Virus record (IMG/VR): IMGVR_UViG_3300042154_001567
Coordinates: 11,833 to 75,832 of that record
Length of the DNA stretch: 64,000 nt
Strand: one strand, 5' to 3'
Source: a virus
Notes under the pieces: generated by a model
Seen by the model: only the letters and a program-made list of their open reading frames with translations
Told to the model about the DNA's origin: nothing
Database searches by the model: none
Shown: positions 62,001 through 64,000 of the stretch, one piece after another
Position numbering within the stretch: the first letter of the stretch is position 1
How the letters are laid out: each line of letters opens with the position of its first letter
Program-made: the position numbers and the translations under genes

Positions 62001-64000
62001 ACATTAAAAGATGGAGTTGATGCTGTTAAAAGAGCTAAGATGCAGAATGCAGCATACTATAGTGCTTATACTTCTATATCTGCAAAAGATTTAGGTGTGA
62101 TGCATACAGTTGATGATATTAGTTTAGTTTCTTTAGAAGAACCCGTGGGTGTTTCTACTTTAACGGGAAAGAATATTAATAGATCAGATGCTCAGATGTG
62201 GATGACTACAAAAGCATTTAGATATATGTGGTTTGGATTTGGTAAACTTACTCCTGCACAAGCAAAACTTATTGATAAAATTGAAGCTGGTGAAGATATT
62301 TCTTCTGAAGAATATTTTGGTCAAGATGGTTATGTTGATATGGGTAGTATGCTTAACTCTAAAAAGTTAGTATATGGTGATGGTAAAACATTTATTAAGA
62401 TGTCTGCTTTTGTATTAACTCCACAACTCACATCTAATAAAGTAGTAGATGAAAATGGAAATATAACTTTTGTAGCTAAAGAAACTAAAGTTGACTTACA
62501 TAATTTAAGAGTTAAACTTGAAGCTATTGAGAAAACTAAAGATACAATTAGTATAGCTGCACCATTAAGTGCACTTAAAATGTTAAAGCAACGTGTAAAT
62601 CCATTAAGTGATTTGGGTAATACTAGCTCATTTACAAATGGTTATAGTACATTGAGTGCAAAATACATGGGTCTTCAGGTATTAACTCCTTCAAATAAGA
62701 CAGAAGTTATTGATCCAACACAAGTAAAGAATATTGTTACTTCTGAACAAAAAGATAGTGTATATGTAGAAGCTTTAGGAATGACTGTAGGTCAAATTAG
62801 AACTGCATACAATCTTGCTACCTCAGCTAAAGTTGAGTTAAAGTTTAAAAACAAAAGGAATTTAATTTTTAGTTTTGAAAAAGGAATGCAAGAACTTGCA
62901 ATTTCTAAACAAAACAATAAATTGACTCCTAACTTAACAGCATTCTTAAGATATGCTACTGAGGGTCTTAAAGCATCTCAAGCAAGTAGTAATTTGTTGG
63001 AGTTCTTTTCAACTCAAGATGGAGAACAAAAATATGATTTAAATAATCCTATTACTTTAAATAAATTTGAGCAATTGTTCTTAAGTTATTTAAGTAAAGG
63101 TGCACTTGCTGAAAAAGCACCAGGACATGCTGTAGCTTTAGTATCTGATTTTGGTGTTAAAGTTTATAGAAGAGTGTTTAGTTTTGATGAAAATGGTATT
63201 CCTGATAGATCTGAAGTTATAAGAGAAGAAGTTTTTAATAAATTAAATAAATATAAACCTGATATTATAGAATCAAATAATATAGGTGGTGAAAGATCTT
63301 GGAAGGATATTAACGTTCCTAAAGAAGGTATTGTTATACTTGACCGTTTAAGATCGGGTGTAAAAGAATATGATAAGAATGGTAAGTTTACAGGTGAAAG
63401 ATATACTGAGATGCTTATGCCAGCTCATTTTAAATCTATAATGGATTTAGTTGAAAATGGTAGCATGAATTTTCCAGAGCTATTATCAAAAATGTTTGCT
63501 GTACGTATTCCATCTCAAGATAATCATTCTACAATAAATGTAAAACATGTTGACTTCTTACCTGCATTTTATGGTTCATCAGCAATGTTTGCTCAAGAAC
63601 TTATTGAGATATCAGGAGCGGATTTTGATATTGATAAAGTTTACATGCAGATTAAAGAGTTCTATGAAGAGAAAGGTAAATTCTATGAGTATGGCAAACA
63701 AACTACAGATGAAGGTAAATACACAGATTATTTAAAGTATGTATCTGAAAAAGTTAATCAGCCAGGAACAACATATGCTGAAGCATTGGATTTATATAAA
63801 AATAATCTTCAAGCATCAAGCATTGCAAATTCTGTAACAGATATTGAACAAGAAATAGCTTCAGATGCAGGACTATCAGAAAATGGTATGAAAGCTTTAC
63901 AAATTCTAGGGTTACCTATTACAAAAGAACAATACTTAGAGTACAAAAAGAAATTCCGTGAGCCATATGAAGCTCCAATGAACAATGCTATTTTAGATTA
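53049..64000 (+). CDS. Giant virion RNA polymerase polyprotein with a zincin-like domain (3' truncated)
   Basis: ATG 53049; absence from the ORF track is consistent with no stop before the window end. In frame: HEAFH 59169-59183 plus EEYLADEF ~59367; SDAQMW ~62184; RIPSQD ~63504; GADFDIDK 63615-63638. Confidence 0.9.
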   Translation, partial: MENQIENNSLDQTILNNQVTESVIPKDNSFQPVMDMFDSEENNALMSRIDLAQLQQLDALKPLIDTTGIRSNGNAAARRPTLSSNTFDPVLQQNPPNINEPGGFERIVEQNVKAGFQKSQGNIAPGTGVAAPAFAGMVQSNFMRYYEHPEFQKLGWKPFADNEAYYNANSTIYDDMSRMWGQFGSLTGTGFMGGYRSIGSMFTGESMTTDLKSANEFEDAMAIGNSTRGGALGFTNNLLLNSAYTVGIIGSIAAEELALAALEVGTFGGATPLLATRTTANAERLVRSIGQATTVGRLYSAGRGMMTALKGVDAAKDFWSIARAGGKMTAGIFAPETLAAVKRLKTTEVVAQNLTNMAKASEYAGAFYRDARALNLALSESKLEGGMVYNQLVKDGMDIKFAENNGNPVTTEQVADIQNNAHKAAFATTMTNMPVIYLTNKLVLGNSLGGFNKSLGRIFNEQAKGIGSRIIKTAQTVGKDGVKSLSPFKDAGTGLKGLATRLANAGVKGNLTKLGQGSLRYFAANLGEGVQELSQEAISSGTKNYYTSVLKDPMNGGPELFNASVKAGLGQQVSAQGFETFMSGFLMGGIVSIPQKLFFQGVPALYQRVSDPEKYAEYKQKRDNLVKSTVNTYNAVWNAQAQDPSSIFDPKRFNFLQQKAAAQGKTLASIAMDRFYFTDETDFAKFNQIHTVLVSGGAALFQDQLLDYMKMSDEDLATAFPSSKKDIKNGKIRERLQSMVNQIDKTEEVYSQSKDRYPNPFIPEAYEKDSRQYVEEKIKQIAFEHARYLYMFTQDGFTRALERSNSIYQSLASDPLFDKMAASDLTVLLDQESIDKEIAFLTEEIKILDGDKSNKSKIKEKTDKKERLSAFKNVLLENQTKDGSFDKRKMGALRKEFENYIKHMAQTSGTFVNKDNIDAALKQIIDYTALQGRAKLYDKAIEYLNDPQKFDLVFERTSEVLKEQYKNRKSIFEQQVSDYIGIIERNELANQIAKAGFIPNNEQMQMFLETGDTKYLKIFYNQKGEQLGILDRQDLEDIQALLNDYEQTRPDKKIEEVKTDEEVAEESRSDVDDILADINIEVSVKDSVVLDNTMKKAYAKYAAKQTVAGKKPITLDKWINSEDGKNHRVAFIAVKKIWIDNDTLVNPNNPLTEVEIQNESGLIPWLQSQEGKTNDLVQNVVNALGLTIDDITGQTESLPSEGEAVEGNKNITIVKKGNAVSLIELKTVDSEGNISTSYQLVDQYKQPLDEETLNRFGVPAFGIFIESDKVKALSIQKAIDGAAPDITTFVFDDVELNYGQLVYDQTGKEFIVVSQPKQIGTERKLLVVPSDEISPSIEETKKATINVMPGEFKASFSIQDLDLKVLPQSVSRLNINEPIQPYAYRNKDAVTNQWLESPEQAIARYNLVMSVLSPEDLNELELVVTLDPEGGLNNGYLIIPGFKEANPYIQTITANYSVGIRTSNPIVQAKIDAAIEKNGLNKSNALNGVFGFMQNTNFIITNSQGTVINPATMTVEEYKNIVYVPAGMDVNSEEDLKRAQNNFALNNLLSSALPELVANNPDGVIPFSELPNGLSFISKPGVTMYNKSPKPLVDLQFSAADEEGNYLIYQLENNKGGARTKVAISNLEGEERRQLIDRVEESLTKQGLLDSITSLTDAYVAAVLLPDGTYALANLKAKSIDLNAKFLELLNRAETTLVDNPESNPEKFDKRFNIDYNKALRSELFISAKPGYRLSLQVSPWGKIELEISDSNNKQIGIVRLNKTDISNKDLSVDDKVKLLLDKFNELPAVVAADVNITAANFRSSYSREAGVQEILDKTTTQVAPQVVSPNVIQLSADSSAIQAARNIPVVQQTAFVPTEIVLDIEAAEKRIEAEKRRQEEKANTVDTENINPEDINVDDINALRNGVRLNKLEVVKEQLETLKAQLTEGLVGSAKRVATQKSKEYQDLLAQRKKLESEANKIVSVEDAITDAEDIAVFTAWTSDNLPSFITLEDIKTLADNLKAGGVRVGAFVLNLNNIGGGLTVNGTLFTGAKSPFKYHEAFHGVFRMLLTDAEIKKYLAIARKEVRAKLRAEGKSFKTELERFRNSANTYTNMSPERLEQEYYEEYLADEFEKFKANAKSTQTDSTVKSLFTRIMEWIKSVFKSFTKNELLTLFENIDAGKFKNASISQNQFVTSLMTGISLEANALLPYDTEQNANNKIGYYFLDSAIAEPLVSSIAAMYIQEIAKVKDPNVKRGDILENVLNDFAALYDEETEANQKLSDEQKKFLPQINDVFYNFSDELKSEVYKVLNIITKQTQEEEYNNEYFEEQVGLRNVEQYNMDASMIGGFGSLSEGLRSYLATTTIEETDYFGNKELKPGVKLIVPINFVSAYNGLLKAVKNIDDPKKMLQNMYFFGLDNPQTGAVVTRLLQDFGISVDTLLESGPLPTEIKNGSLFQSIVKGFTTFRVDYLFVQRDNAGAVLIYSAAQRDDINSQLESWSQAWGQAEKKIKSDAKVKNETIKILEDFASYLKPSDTKLTGPKLSELSSKYSQDIFRLTGIKLSKQFIAFSIASSRNNPTVAQAALLNANSEQTPMTYSDILEINKLIQQGNDIFSEGETGASSRLRTLAIQNAPFDETIGASVFKNPEGNLVYAHQLPTYHLKRIQELNDVAELERLKDSDPYLANNFLLNSDAFIQMSAENRQKVLRVAGSSVGKINSTEEELNDKISGLSNKSTYGNYTPQEFALSILNTYTALLNTKSNKVDSVEYFDDKLNKTVKAALAPILIRVLEASNTGDLMYLPVVKAVKFEKPGGGKVVLTDEILDAFTNNIESEYDRIRREESARVIRELNPLTADQNTQLGYNTEDGRAFQLINTGLLLTPELKASLEEIAKRKDAPLLKEALKELNVTTNAFRAIVNTQLESQYDIFSKGLVDLKIEDQLGKSITKGLVTTGKADQNLIESAELLNLTYDKEYNLKQIFFNDWINTASINDVLLGDQAITLKDGVDAVKRAKMQNAAYYSAYTSISAKDLGVMHTVDDISLVSLEEPVGVSTLTGKNINRSDAQMWMTTKAFRYMWFGFGKLTPAQAKLIDKIEAGEDISSEEYFGQDGYVDMGSMLNSKKLVYGDGKTFIKMSAFVLTPQLTSNKVVDENGNITFVAKETKVDLHNLRVKLEAIEKTKDTISIAAPLSALKMLKQRVNPLSDLGNTSSFTNGYSTLSAKYMGLQVLTPSNKTEVIDPTQVKNIVTSEQKDSVYVEALGMTVGQIRTAYNLATSAKVELKFKNKRNLIFSFEKGMQELAISKQNNKLTPNLTAFLRYATEGLKASQASSNLLEFFSTQDGEQKYDLNNPITLNKFEQLFLSYLSKGALAEKAPGHAVALVSDFGVKVYRRVFSFDENGIPDRSEVIREEVFNKLNKYKPDIIESNNIGGERSWKDINVPKEGIVILDRLRSGVKEYDKNGKFTGERYTEMLMPAHFKSIMDLVENGSMNFPELLSKMFAVRIPSQDNHSTINVKHVDFLPAFYGSSAMFAQELIEISGADFDIDKVYMQIKEFYEEKGKFYEYGKQTTDEGKYTDYLKYVSEKVNQPGTTYAEALDLYKNNLQASSIANSVTDIEQEIASDAGLSENGMKALQILGLPITKEQYLEYKKKFREPYEAPMNNAILD

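Noticed and set aside
119-63735. All minus-strand ORFs and short out-of-frame plus-strand ORFs in the track (e.g. 7286-7606, 44522-44908, 49784-50023, 63547-63735)
   Set aside because: They overlap long motif-bearing + strand genes, have no recognisable motifs, and look like shadow ORFs.
1-64000. Alternative genetic code
   Set aside because: No genes are fragmented by in-frame TAG or TGA, and coding density is high under code 11.

Overview
AT-rich window with all genes on the + strand. It is the virion-assembly half of a crAss-like (Crassvirales-type) phage genome. The host is probably a Bacteroidota: leaders are A-rich without Shine-Dalgarno sites, and TAnnTTTG promoter elements are present. 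Gene order: Cys-rich protein, PD-(D/E)XK nuclease, GroES, terminase, portal, scaffold, major capsid protein, head/neck proteins, a Dps-like protein, a ~15 kb tail-fibre block, a vWA/FN3 adhesin, a metallophosphoesterase, an IHF-like protein, ring and muzzle (stabilization) proteins, and internal cargo proteins. The window ends inside a >3,650-codon ORF (53049 to >64000) that the ORF track missed; it carries a zincin HExxH motif and the crAss-type RNA polymerase DFDID motif. Most interesting unexplained signals: (1) a GC-rich candidate small RNA at 34008-34083 whose hairpin loop is complementary to an AAACCAA motif just upstream of several start codons; (2) multi-way RNA junctions upstream of two of those target genes; (3) an xQxGG-type motif repeated ~18 times at module boundaries in three cargo proteins. 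All calls come from reading motifs and synteny by eye; no database searches were run.
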